18,440 nucleotides of DNA. Origin: a virus (Duplodnaviria; Heunggongvirae; Uroviricota; Caudoviricetes). Location: the IMG/VR virus record IMGVR_UViG_2671180755_000028; one strand, 5' to 3'. Positions 7,531 to 15,526 of this stretch are shown piece by piece. A program made the translations under genes and the position numbers. The number at the start of each line of letters is the position of its first letter. Position 1 is the stretch's first letter. The notes beneath the pieces are model-generated. The model was not told the origin of the DNA, made no database searches, and was given only the letters and a program-made list of their open reading frames with translations.

Positions 7531-8052
7531 TTATTGAGGCCGAACGTAAACCTTCAGAATTGAAGAGATGCGTTCGGCTTCTTCGTTTGTGATATCGTTA
7601 GGAATGCCTTTAATCGTTACTGTAACCCCTGATTCAGGTCGAAGAACTACTGGAAGATCATAGGTATGAAGTGCATTAGCCTTGCCTTCGACTTTTGTTG
7701 GTTCGCCAGTCAAATCTTTTTCCTCACTGGATTCTTTGTCAATCGGAGTGTATGGGATTTCTTCACCAGACTGGAAAGCTACAAACTTTTTGATTGCACT
7801 TTCCATGCGGCTTTTATATGCAGTAATGCTGCTGTCGCTAGGCTTCGGCTCAGTTGCGTTGATGTATCGCTCGGCAAGCTCATTCACATCAAGCTGAGTA
7901 ACATCACCCATTTCCTCTTCTTGGACTACCGTTAAGAGGCGAGCGGATGAGTTTTTTAAATTTCGAGCGGTGGCCTCCTTCATTATGTTCAGCGACATAA
8001 GCTCTTCAAGGAAGTCCTTGAATGCCTGCACGCTAACGTTTGACTTTGCCAT
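7531..8052 (-). CDS. Hypothetical acidic protein, 173 aa, in the slot where lambda carries rexAB (between cI and pL)
   Basis: ATG at 8050-8052 preceded by a purine-rich Shine-Dalgarno run (GAGAGAGAG). No domain is recognisable by eye. Protein begins MAKSNVSVQAFKDFLEELMSLNIMKEATARNLKNSSARLLTVVQEEEMGD. It has its own candidate promoter and is flanked by terminators. Confidence 0.65.
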   Translation of the reverse strand: MAKSNVSVQAFKDFLEELMSLNIMKEATARNLKNSSARLLTVVQEEEMGDVTQLDVNELAERYINATEPKPSDSSITAYKSRMESAIKKFVAFQSGEEIPYTPIDKESSEEKDLTGEPTKVEGKANALHTYDLPVVLRPESGVTVTIKGIPNDITNEEAERISSILKVYVRPQ

Positions 8053-8084
8053 TTGCTCTCTCTCTAAGTTATTGACTCAGATCG

Positions 8085-8126
8085 AGTTTATCCAGGAATT
8101 GATTTGCATGCAAGACTCAAGTCTTG
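8085..8126 (-). promoter_or_regulatory. Candidate promoter for the 173-aa gene with an adjacent 16-bp perfect palindrome
   Basis: Minus strand: -35 TTGCAT (plus 8108-8113), a 17-nt spacer, -10 TAAACT (plus 8085-8090). The palindrome CAAGAC-TCAA-GTCTTG at 8111-8126 overlaps the -35. Confidence 0.4.
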
Positions 8127-8154
8127 AGAATTTCCGTTCAAGATCCACTCTCAA

Positions 8155-8179
8155 TAAAAAAGGCCGCACCTCTGCGACC
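8155..8179 (-). terminator. Strand-specific intrinsic terminator ending the cI transcript
   Basis: The minus-strand RNA folds as GGUCGCA-GAGG-UGCGGCC (7 bp with one G-U pair) followed by UUUUUUAUUGAG. On the plus strand the same pairing has a C-A mismatch, so it should work in one direction only. Confidence 0.5.
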
Positions 8180-8553
8180 TTTCATCTCCTAAATCTCTTT
8201 TCTCTTACCTAAAGAAACAGCAGGCTGGGTCAGCCCTAACAACTTCAAGTGCATCGGTCAGAGAAAGCTCCGTGCTATACAGGTGTTATTTCATATCTTT
8301 TTGCATCCAATAAATTTTCCATCTGTCCAGAGAGCGGATGCACTTGATTCTTGTTGATGGCAGGACGTTTTTTCACCTGCCTCACCCTGCCATACAGGAC
8401 GCTGCTCACCGATATCTATCGTCCGGTCATTGATGTTATAGACAATATCCAGATCATTACGGATATACTCAGATGGCCTTATGCTTTCAATGAATAGATG
8501 AACTTCTTTTTGACCGCTTGATACTCATGGCCATTAAACTCCATCTATCCTCT

Positions 8554-9207
8554 TTACCCAAACGTCTCTTCAGGCCATTGGCTGGCGATAACTTTCCCCA
8601 CAACGGAACAACTCTCATTGCATGGGATCATTGGATATTGCGGGTTTAGTGGTTGTAGAAACACCTGACCGCTATCCCTGATCAGTTTCTTGAAGGTAAA
8701 TTCATCACCACCAAGTCTGGCTATGCAGAAATCGCCGGGCTCAACAGCTTGCTCAGGGTCAACCAGAATTAACATCCCGTCAGGAAAACTAGGTTTGGAA
8801 CCTGTTGGTGCGGTCATTGAGTTACCTTCAACCTCAAGCCAGAATGCAGAGTCACTGGCTTTTTTGGTTGTGCTTACCAATCTCTCCGCATCACCTTTGG
8901 TAAAGGTTCTGAGTTCTGGAGAGAACATCCCAGCCTGAACATGAGAAAAAACAGGGTACTCATATTGTTTTTTAACTGGGGCCGATGAGTATTCGCCAAC
9001 AGGTGAAAATGTCCCGTCGTGGTTGAATGATATGTTATCAATACCAAGGTATTTAAACACCACACCAATATCACTAAGAGATGGATGACGAGATCCGCGC
9101 AACCAGTGTCCAATTCCACCCTGCGTCATACCTAGCTCTTCGGCTAACTTCTCTTGAGTTATGCCGAGCTCTTTCATTCTGGATCTAGCCAGTTCATACC
9201 ATTTCAT
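8554..9207 (-). CDS. cI: CI-type prophage repressor: XRE-type HTH N-terminal domain plus lambda-like S24 autocleavage C-terminal domain
   Basis: The C-terminal part from about [29 protein letters not shown] to ...[12 protein letters not shown] matches lambda CI as recalled. The N-terminal domain ([38 protein letters not shown]...) is unlike lambda. The start is set at the ATG at 9205-9207, which has AAGGA about 8 nt upstream; alternatives are 9213 and 9255. Confidence 0.85.
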   Translation of the reverse strand: MKWYELARSRMKELGITQEKLAEELGMTQGGIGHWLRGSRHPSLSDIGVVFKYLGIDNISFNHDGTFSPVGEYSSAPVKKQYEYPVFSHVQAGMFSPELRTFTKGDAERLVSTTKKASDSAFWLEVEGNSMTAPTGSKPSFPDGMLILVDPEQAVEPGDFCIARLGGDEFTFKKLIRDSGQVFLQPLNPQYPMIPCNESCSVVGKVIASQWPEETFG

Positions 9208-9249
9208 TTTCATGTCCTTATTATTACGCTCTGTACTGGAACCATCCAT

Positions 9250-9324
9250 GCACAATGTGTATTTTTACTTGTATTTGAGAAGTACATATTGTATTTTTTT
9301 ATTCGTGGTTACTATGGAGGGCAT
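9250..9324. promoter_or_regulatory. oR/pR/pRM divergent control region
   Basis: AT-rich 70-bp spacer between divergent cI and cro. It contains AAGTACATATTGTATT (9280-9295) and CACAATGTGTATT (9252-9264), both related to the oL sites. A TACAAT -10 is available on the minus strand for pRM. Confidence 0.5.
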
Positions 9325-9540
9325 ATGAGCAACCTACGAAAATATCGAGAGTCACTGAATATCTCTCAAACAACACTTGCTAAGGCAGTTGGATGCACAC
9401 AGGGAGCTATCGGACATTGGGAATCTGGTCGTCGCTTCCCAGACCTTAAAACATGCCGTGCTCTTGTTGCGTGTCTAAACAAGTTAGGCGCAAAAGTAAG
9501 TCTTGATGACGTGTTCCCGCCGGAGCACAAAGCCGCTTAA
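9325..9540 (+). CDS. cro: Cro-type repressor, XRE-family HTH, 71 aa
   Basis: GGAGGG Shine-Dalgarno then ATG at 9325. Protein: MSNLRKYRESLNISQTTLAKAVGCTQGAIGHWESGRRFPDLKTCRALVACLNKLGAKVSLDDVFPPEHKAA. It is divergent from cI. The track ORF is an upstream over-extension. Confidence 0.8.
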   Translation: MSNLRKYRESLNISQTTLAKAVGCTQGAIGHWESGRRFPDLKTCRALVACLNKLGAKVSLDDVFPPEHKAA

Positions 9541-9549
9541 TAAGCGGAG

Positions 9550-9596
9550 CCGCTCTTTGTAACAACGGACATTCGTCCTACGTCGCTGAAAAGCGA
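9550..9596 (+). promoter_or_regulatory. nutR: boxA-like element followed by two hairpins
   Basis: Order on the plus strand: GCTCTTTGTAACAACG (boxA-like), hairpin GGAC-ATTC-GTCC, TACGT, then hairpin UCGC-UGAAAA-GCGA. Parallel to nutL. Confidence 0.5.
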
Positions 9597-9681
9597 GTCC
9601 CAAGATATCTGACCAACTAAGGCCATATGCGTTTCCACGCATACCTTTCAACTAACTATTCACTATTGGAAATCTTAAGAA

Positions 9682-9978
9682 ATGGAACGAACAAGTTACA
9701 GCAAACTATCACAGCGCGACGTTGATCGCGCAGAAACAGATTTACTCATCAACCTGTCAACGCTTACACAGCGCGGTCTGGCAAAGATGATTGGCTGTCA
9801 TGAATCGAAGATAAGCAGAACGGACTGGCGGTTTATTGCTTCGGTCTTGTGTGCTTTCGGAATGGCATCAGACATCAGTCCGATTAGCAGGGCTTTTAAG
9901 TATGCGCTTGATGAAATCACAAAGAAAAAATCCCCGGCTGCCACCGAGGATTTTAAGCAAATTGATATGCAATTCTGA
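9682..9978 (+). CDS. cII: CII-like transcriptional activator, 98 aa
   Basis: The C-terminus ...KKKSPAATEDFKQIDMQF parallels lambda CII ...KKRPAATERSEQIQMEF as recalled, and the central part carries an HTH. Position after cro and nutR. Confidence 0.7.
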   Translation: MERTSYSKLSQRDVDRAETDLLINLSTLTQRGLAKMIGCHESKISRTDWRFIASVLCAFGMASDISPISRAFKYALDEITKKKSPAATEDFKQIDMQF

Positions 9979-10010
9979 GGGAATTACTGGATCAATCCAC
10001 AGGAGTAATT

Positions 10011-10172
10011 ATGACAAAACGTCGTAAGAAATACCAGGAAAAAGAAGAGATTCGACACCCTGATTCACCTGAGGGATTAGTGGTAGCCGCAGCAAATAAC
10101 AGGGCGTTCGCAGAGCGCCTTGTTGGTGTTTACAGACTAGCCAAAGCAGGAGTGAAACATGGGCGTCGTTAA
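10011..10172 (+). CDS. Candidate small basic protein, 53 aa, between cII and O (below the ORF-track size cutoff)
   Basis: AGGAG lies 6 nt upstream of the ATG at 10011. Protein: [53 protein letters not shown]. The 3' end overlaps the O start. Confidence 0.35.
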   Translation: MTKRRKKYQEKEEIRHPDSPEGLVVAAANNRAFAERLVGVYRLAKAGVKHGRR

Positions 10173-10980
10173 GTTAGCTGATTACAGGCCTCAACTGGAG
10201 GTCGTGGAGCATCGCGTGGCAGATACCGAAGATGGTTTCATGCGCGTTGCTAACGAGATTACCGACAGTCTGCTGATGGCTGATTTAACCGTCCGGCAGT
10301 TGAAGGTGATGCTCGCTATCATGCGCAAGACATACGGATTCAATAAGCCGATGGATCGACTCACAAACACGCAGATAGCAGCCATGACAGGTATTCATCA
10401 CACTCATGTTTGCGCTGCCAAGCGCCAGCTTATTGAGCGTAAATTCCTCATTGCTGATGGCGTGAAAATCGGAGTGAACAAGGTGGTTTCTCAGTGGATT
10501 AGCCAGGACAGCTTAACATTAGCTAAAACAGCTAATAAAACATTAGCCAAGTCGGCTAATGGGTATAAGCCAAGTCAGCTAAACACAAAAGACAATATAC
10601 AAAAGACAATAAATACAAATACCCCCTTACCCCCTAACGGGGATGGCGATGGGCAGGTTAAACCTGAACGTCGCAAGGCAGAACGAATCGACTACGAATC
10701 CTTCCTGAACGCCTACAACACCGAAGTCGGTGACAGACTTCCACACGCTGTTGCGGTCAACGAGAAACGAAAACGCCGCCTGAAGAAAATTATCCCGCAA
10801 CTGAAAACGCCAAACGTGGACGGTTTCAGAGCGTATGTCAGGGCGTTTGTGCATCAGGCCAAGCCGTTTTACTTCGGAGACAACGACACGGGCTGGACGG
10901 CAGATTTTGATTACCTGCTGAGGGAAGATTCGTTAACGGGAGTTCGGGAAGGGAAGTTTGCAGACAGGGGGATTGCATGA
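10159..10980 (+). CDS. O: Replication initiator, lambda O-like, 273 aa
   Basis: The N-terminal domain ...[38 protein letters not shown]... parallels lambda O ...ADLTKRQFKVLLAILRKTYGWNKPMDRITDSQL... as recalled. Iterons lie inside the gene, and AGGAG precedes the ATG. Confidence 0.85.
   Translation: MGVVKLADYRPQLEVVEHRVADTEDGFMRVANEITDSLLMADLTVRQLKVMLAIMRKTYGFNKPMDRLTNTQIAAMTGIHHTHVCAAKRQLIERKFLIADGVKIGVNKVVSQWISQDSLTLAKTANKTLAKSANGYKPSQLNTKDNIQKTINTNTPLPPNGDGDGQVKPERRKAERIDYESFLNAYNTEVGDRLPHAVAVNEKRKRRLKKIIPQLKTPNVDGFRAYVRAFVHQAKPFYFGDNDTGWTADFDYLLREDSLTGVREGKFADRGIA
10512..10622 (+). repeat. Replication origin: iterons plus an AT-rich tract inside the O gene
   Basis: Three or more spaced dyad repeats: TTAGCTAAAACAGCTAA, TTAGCCAAGTCGGCTAA and TAAGCCAAGTCAGCTAA. 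These are followed by the A-rich stretch AAAAGACAATATACAAAAGACAATAAATACAAATA. Confidence 0.55.
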
Positions 10981-12353
10981 GACAGGATATCGAAGCTAGC
11001 GTTATCGGTGGCCTGCTGATTGGTGGATTAACTCCAACCGCCAGTGACGTTCTGGCAACGCTGGAGCCGGAAGCGTTTTCAATTCCGCTCTACCGGAAAG
11101 CCTTCGAGGTTATTCGCAAGCAGGCGAGAAACAGAAACCTAATCGATGCGCTGATGGTTGCCGAGGCGTGCGGAGAGGAGCATTTCACGTCAATCCTGAT
11201 GACCAGCAAAAACTGCCCGAGTGCCGCAAACCTGAAGGGATATGCCGGAATGGTCGCGGATAACTATCACCGCCGTCTGGTGCTGGAAATCATGGATGAA
11301 ATGCGTGAACCAATCCAAAGCGGAACCATCGACGCATCGAGTCAGGCGATGGATGAACTTGTAAAGCGTCTTTCAGCCATCAGAAAGCCCCGTGACGAGG
11401 TTAAACCTGTACGGTTAGGGGAAATCATCACTGACTACACTGACACGCTTGACAGGCGTCTGAGGAACGGAGAAGAGTCAGATACCCTGAAGACCGGAAT
11501 CGAAGAGCTTGACGCTATCACTGGAGGGATGAACGCAGAAGACCTGGTGATTATCGCCGCTCGTCCTGGTATGGGGAAAACCGAACTGGCGCTGAAGATT
11601 GCCGAAGGTGTGGCAAGCCGCGTTATTCCTGGTTCTGACGTCCGGCGCGGGGTATTGATTTTCTCAATGGAAATGAGCGCATTGCAGATTGCAGAGCGAA
11701 GCATTGCCAACGCCGGGAGGATGTCGGTTAGCGTACTGCGAAATCCTGCATCGATGGATGACGAGGGCTGGGCACGTGTTGCTAACGGCATGAGTCAGCT
11801 TGCAGATTTGGATGTATGGGTAGTCGATGCTTCGCGGTTATCGGTCGAAGAAATACGCTCAATCGCAGAACGGCATAAGCAGGAAAATCCAAACCTGTCA
11901 CTCATCATGGCGGATTATCTTGGCCTGATTGAGAAGCCGAAAGCAGACCGCAACGACCTCGCAATTGCTCACATCTCCGGAAGCCTGAAGGCGATGGCGA
12001 AAGACCTGAAAACACCGGTTATCTCCCTGAGTCAGCTTTCGCGCGATGTTGAGAAGCGACCAAACAAACGCCCGACAAACGCAGATTTGCGTGATTCAGG
12101 AAGCATTGAACAGGACGCAGACTCAATCATCATGCTCTATCGGGAAGCGGTATATGATGAGAACAGTAGCGCCGCGCCATTTGCTGAAATCATCGTGACG
12201 AAAAACCGTTTTGGCTCGCTTGGTACAGTTTACCAGCGGTTCTGTAACGGACACTTTGTTGCATGTGACCAGGATGAAGCCAGACAGATTTGCACAGCAT
12301 CAAATGCACCTGCTGCGCGTGGCAGACGATATGCACAAGGGGCTGACGTATGA
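10977..12353 (+). CDS. DnaB-family replicative helicase, 458 aa, in the position of lambda P
   Basis: DnaB-like N-terminus ([13 protein letters not shown]), Walker A ([14 protein letters not shown]), and helicase C-terminal motifs ([41 protein letters not shown]). The start overlaps the O stop. Confidence 0.9.
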   Translation: MRQDIEASVIGGLLIGGLTPTASDVLATLEPEAFSIPLYRKAFEVIRKQARNRNLIDALMVAEACGEEHFTSILMTSKNCPSAANLKGYAGMVADNYHRRLVLEIMDEMREPIQSGTIDASSQAMDELVKRLSAIRKPRDEVKPVRLGEIITDYTDTLDRRLRNGEESDTLKTGIEELDAITGGMNAEDLVIIAARPGMGKTELALKIAEGVASRVIPGSDVRRGVLIFSMEMSALQIAERSIANAGRMSVSVLRNPASMDDEGWARVANGMSQLADLDVWVVDASRLSVEEIRSIAERHKQENPNLSLIMADYLGLIEKPKADRNDLAIAHISGSLKAMAKDLKTPVISLSQLSRDVEKRPNKRPTNADLRDSGSIEQDADSIIMLYREAVYDENSSAAPFAEIIVTKNRFGSLGTVYQRFCNGHFVACDQDEARQICTASNAPAARGRRYAQGADV

Positions 12354-12378
12354 CCATCTACATCACTGAGTTAATAAC

Positions 12379-12410
12379 AGGCCTGCTGGTAATCGCAGGC
12401 CTTTTTATTT
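12379..12410 (+). terminator. Intrinsic terminator after the helicase gene, analogous to lambda tR2
   Basis: Perfect 8-bp stem AGGCCTGC / GCAGGCCT with an 8-nt loop, followed by TTTTTATTT. Confidence 0.6.
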
Positions 12411-12423
12411 GGGGGAGAGGGAA

Positions 12424-12702
12424 GTGAACGATAGCTACCGACAGTTTGAAAACTGGTGGTCAAAAGACAAAAGCCAGTTCACGGGAGACGATGAATTAAA
12501 AGAGTTTGCCTGGGTGATATGGCAGGCATCGCGCTCTGCTATTGAACTGGATATCGACTGGCCCGAATCGAATGACGACCTTTGGAAAGATGGTGAAGAA
12601 GGTGCTTATGCGATGGGTTATGAGGATGGGCGTGACAAAACGGTAATTGCAGTAATGAAAGCCATCAGGGCCGCAGGAATCAAAGAAAAGAATTTCGATT
12701 AA
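12424..12702 (+). CDS. Hypothetical acidic protein, about 92 aa, at the start of the nin region
   Basis: The ORF has no ATG. The likely start is GTG at 12424, directly after GGGGAGAGGG. Protein: VNDSYRQFENWWSKDKSQFTGDDELKEFAWVIWQASRSAIELDIDWPESNDDLWKDGEEG... Confidence 0.45.
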   Translation: MNDSYRQFENWWSKDKSQFTGDDELKEFAWVIWQASRSAIELDIDWPESNDDLWKDGEEGAYAMGYEDGRDKTVIAVMKAIRAAGIKEKNFD

Positions 12703-12834
12703 GCAAATATCACTTCAATAAATCGCTTTTAAGGCATCACAATCGCTCTGTGGTGAGGTAAGCACGTGCAAGGTATACCGATAAGCAGCGAGAATGAAAA
12801 ATGCGTCAGAATGCGTTTGAGGAGGTTTTAAGAA

Positions 12835-13050
12835 ATGAGTACGATAGCTGAGCTTGTCAGGGCTAATTTTCGTGAAGAGTTGGTGCGTTGGTATCGGTAT
12901 CGTTCATCGTCCAGTTTGCCGCTTGATGAGTTGTATGAGCATTCACCTGCCGCACGACGCTATCCGCGTGACCGTGTTCTTCGACGGTTGTTCAAACTCA
13001 ACAATGAGTTTCAGCGCAACAGAATTATCCGGAGTCTGGATTTTAAGTGA
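12835..13050 (+). CDS. Hypothetical protein, 71 aa
   Basis: Strong Shine-Dalgarno GAGGAGG about 9 nt before the ATG. Protein: MSTIAELVRANFREELVRWYRYRSSSSLPLDELYEHSPAARRYPRDRVLRRLFKLNNEFQRNRIIRSLDFK. Confidence 0.5.
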   Translation: MSTIAELVRANFREELVRWYRYRSSSSLPLDELYEHSPAARRYPRDRVLRRLFKLNNEFQRNRIIRSLDFK

Positions 13051-13060
13051 AGGAGTGAGC

Positions 13061-13297
13061 ATGAGCGACCTATCATTAACCCAGCCAAAGCTAAAAGAAT
13101 GTCCGTTTTGCGGCGGTAATGCTCGTCTGTGGGTTGAGGCCGGAATAAATATTGATGTGTGGGGCTATGCAGAATGTGACCTCTGTGAAGCCAGGGTGGC
13201 ATGGGCACCATCAGTTGCTGCGGCTACTGAAAAATGGAACCGGAGAGCAGGAGATGAAGCAAACCTTTCTGCTTCGCAACGAAGCAATCAGAAATAA
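13061..13297 (+). CDS. Lar-family restriction-alleviation-like zinc-finger protein, 78 aa
   Basis: GGAG Shine-Dalgarno then ATG at 13061. Cysteine pairs CPFCGG and CDLC sit in a small protein (MSDLSLTQPKLKECPFCGGNARLWVEAGINIDVWGYAECDLCEARVAWAPSVAAATEKWNRR...), a pattern I associate with the Lar restriction-alleviation family. The track ORF is over-extended upstream. Confidence 0.55.
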   Translation: MSDLSLTQPKLKECPFCGGNARLWVEAGINIDVWGYAECDLCEARVAWAPSVAAATEKWNRRAGDEANLSASQRSNQK

Positions 13298-13700
13298 CGC
13301 CATAGACGCCATTCTCTCACTACCCATCGACGACAAGTCACCCCACGAAGTCCACGTTAAAGAACCCAAGCGCAGCAAAGCGCAGAATGACCGCATGTGG
13401 CCGATGCTGAACGATGTTTCGCGTCAGGTGCTATGGCATGGTCAACGGCTGGCGCCGGAAGACTGGAAAGACCTGTTCACTGCCCTGTGGCTTAAGACCA
13501 AAAAACTGGAGCAAAGAAGTGCGCCTGGTATCGACGGTGGCGTTGTCATGCTTGGCGTGCGTACCAGCAAAATGCGAAAGGCCAGCATGACTGAGCTTAT
13601 CGAAATCATGTTCTGGTTCGGCTCAGAGCGCAACGTGCGGTGGAGTGATGACTCCCGGCGAGAGTATGAATGGTCACAACGAAAAGGGAAGGCTGCATGA
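13254..13700 (+). CDS. ninB: NinB recombination protein, about 148 aa
   Basis: From MKQTFLLRNEAIRNNAIDAILSLP... it parallels lambda NinB (MKKLTFEIRSPAHQQNAIHAVQQILP...) as recalled. AGGAG precedes the ATG at 13254. Confidence 0.75.
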   Translation: MKQTFLLRNEAIRNNAIDAILSLPIDDKSPHEVHVKEPKRSKAQNDRMWPMLNDVSRQVLWHGQRLAPEDWKDLFTALWLKTKKLEQRSAPGIDGGVVMLGVRTSKMRKASMTELIEIMFWFGSERNVRWSDDSRREYEWSQRKGKAA

Positions 13701-14224
13701 CTATCAAATCAAATACGCCAGCACACGACAAGGACTGCTGGCAAACGCCGCTCTGGCTTTTTGATGCGCTGGATATTGAGTTTGGATTCTGGCTGGATTC
13801 AGCTGCGAGCGACAAAAACGCTCTGTGCGCTCACTGGCTAACTGAGGCTGACGACGCGCTAAATTCTGAGTGGATAAGCCACGGTGCAATCTGGAATAAC
13901 CCACCGTACAGCAATATCAGGCCGTGGGTGGAAAAAGCCGCTGAGCAGTGCATACAACAGCGACAGACGGTAGTGATGCTTGTGCCAGAGGATATGTCTG
14001 TCGGATGGTTCAGCAAGGCTCTGGAGAGTGTTGACGAAGTTCGCATCATCACTGATGGACGGATTAATTTTATCGAACCATCGACAGGGCTGGAGAAGAA
14101 GGGAAACAGCAAAGGCTCAATGTTGCTGATTTGGCGACCGTTCATCAGTCCTCGACGGATGTTTACTACCGTATCCAAAGCGGCATTGATGGCGATCGGG
14201 CTGGGCGTCAGGAGGGCTGCATGA
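13697..14224 (+). CDS. Phage Dam-type DNA N6-adenine methyltransferase, 175 aa
   Basis: From [44 protein letters not shown]..., with the catalytic NPPY motif (WNNPPYSN). The start overlaps the ninB stop (GCATGA). Confidence 0.85.
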   Translation: MTIKSNTPAHDKDCWQTPLWLFDALDIEFGFWLDSAASDKNALCAHWLTEADDALNSEWISHGAIWNNPPYSNIRPWVEKAAEQCIQQRQTVVMLVPEDMSVGWFSKALESVDEVRIITDGRINFIEPSTGLEKKGNSKGSMLLIWRPFISPRRMFTTVSKAALMAIGLGVRRAA

Positions 14225-14403
14225 GGCGACAGCGACGAAGTATCACCGACATCATCTGCGAAAACTGCAAATACCTTCCAACGAAACGCTCCAGAAATAA
14301 ACGCAAGCCAATCCCAAAAGAATCTGACGTAAAAACCTTCAATTACACGGCTCACCTGTGGGATATCCGGTGGCTAAGACATCGTGCGAGGAAAACAAGG
14401 TGA
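14221..14403 (+). CDS. ninE: NinE-like protein, 60 aa
   Basis: [60 protein letters not shown]. The start overlaps the methyltransferase stop. Resembles lambda NinE as recalled. Confidence 0.65.
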   Translation: MRRQRRSITDIICENCKYLPTKRSRNKRKPIPKESDVKTFNYTAHLWDIRWLRHRARKTR

Positions 14404-14494
14404 TTGACGTGATGATTTATTCGGGGCTATATTCCTCAAACGCCAGCAAAATCTGGCGTCGGGATTGGCGTCCTGGATAGAGACCGCGACAGAT

Positions 14495-14519
14495 ACACGC
14501 CGCGAGCGTGTTTTTTATT
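14495..14519 (+). terminator. Intrinsic terminator after ninE
   Basis: Stem ACACGC / GCGTGT with loop CGCGA, followed by TTTTTTATT. Confidence 0.6.
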
Positions 14520-14677
14520 GTCGTATGCACGCGCACATCTGAATTATGGTGGGCTGTGTGGGGGCGGAGAGATCCGCGCCGGTCGGTTTCCCGGTTACGC
14601 CAACCCTGCACAGTTCACCACCAGACGATTGGCGTCGTCGGTGGTGAGTTATTAAGAAACCACCAGAGGGCGTCATT

Positions 14678-15271
14678 ATGACAACTAAAATTTCTGTTGA
14701 AACTCTCTCCCCGATCACCCATAACCAGATTCCTGTTATTACCACCGAACTTTTGNNNNNNNNNNNNNNNNNNNNNNNNNNNNNNNNNNNNNNNNNNNNN
14801 NNNNNNNNNNNNNNNNNNNNNNNNNNNNNNNNNNNNNNNNNNNNNNNNNNNNNNNNNNNNNNNNNNNNNNNNNNNNNNNNNNNNNNNNNNNNNNNNNNNN
14901 NNNNNNNNNNNNNNNTCGAAAAACTGGAAGACTGCTATTTCAGTCAAAAAATCCCAGAACAACTTCAGCTTCCAGAATCAACACTATCTATCAACTACCC
15001 TCTCTCGTGGTTTTCAGAGCATCACCCCTACTCCATGATGAGCTATGTTGATCGAAAAACTCTTAACCTGGACGTTTCTGTGCTCTTCGATATGCCAAGC
15101 CCAACTATGCGCATCCTCAACGAGCTACACAGCAAGGGCTATAACGTCGATGCAGCTGTCGCCGAATTTAACGCCTTCAAGCATCTGACGGAAGAAATGC
15201 GCCGTACTCTACAGGATATTTCAAGATTGTCAGATCGAAATTCCCGAAAAGGCTTCTCGTTAAGTCTTTAA
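14678..15271 (+). CDS. ORF6N-domain antirepressor-like protein, copy A, interrupted by an assembly gap
   Basis: N-terminus [26 protein letters not shown], then 160 N, then ...[15 protein letters not shown]... with a distinct C-terminal domain. Reading-frame continuity across the gap is not meaningful. Confidence 0.5.
   Translation: MTTKISVETLSPITHNQIPVITTELLXXXXXXXXXXXXXXXXXXXXXXXXXXXXXXXXXXXXXXXXXXXXXXXXXXXXXXEKLEDCYFSQKIPEQLQLPESTLSINYPLSWFSEHHPYSMMSYVDRKTLNLDVSVLFDMPSPTMRILNELHSKGYNVDAAVAEFNAFKHLTEEMRRTLQDISRLSDRNSRKGFSLSL
14756..14915. other. Assembly gap: 160 N, plus a 2-N join at 15795-15796
   Basis: Literal N runs. Sequence on both sides of each gap is duplicated elsewhere in 15767-16146, so the gaps sit at repeat boundaries. 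Confidence 0.95.
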
Positions 15272-15526
15272 AGAACAGATCGTTTGACAATGCTGCATTA
15301 ACGGGGATATATTCCGCCTCATGGTGCTCAAAACACCTTAGCAAGTAGCGGTTACCGCGCCCGACAGACATGCGGTTTTTTTGTGTCCAGTCTTCTTGGT
15401 TTATGACCGGGCGTGCGGCTAATACAACACCAGCAATGGGAATATGCCCGCCGACTACTTGCGGTTTTGAGCGCCCGGTCACCCTCTCAAAAGGGGTAAA
15501 TCAAAATATCAAGTAGGACATAAAGC

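Noticed and set aside
7970-8212. Plus-strand 80-aa ORF overlapping the 5' end and promoter of the 173-aa gene
   Set aside because: It is antisense to the better-supported gene and its promoter and palindrome, and has no ribosome-binding site.
11435-11791. Minus-strand 118-aa ORF inside the helicase gene
   Set aside because: It is antisense to a DnaB-family helicase with clear motifs.
14756-14915. N-run considered as a biological feature
   Set aside because: It is an assembly gap. Flanking sequence is duplicated nearby, so it marks a collapsed repeat, not real sequence.
15177-15482. Minus-strand 101-aa ORF overlapping the 3' end of ORF6N copy A
   Set aside because: It overlaps a supported gene and spans a terminator-like hairpin and the inverted repeats, so the interval is more likely regulatory.
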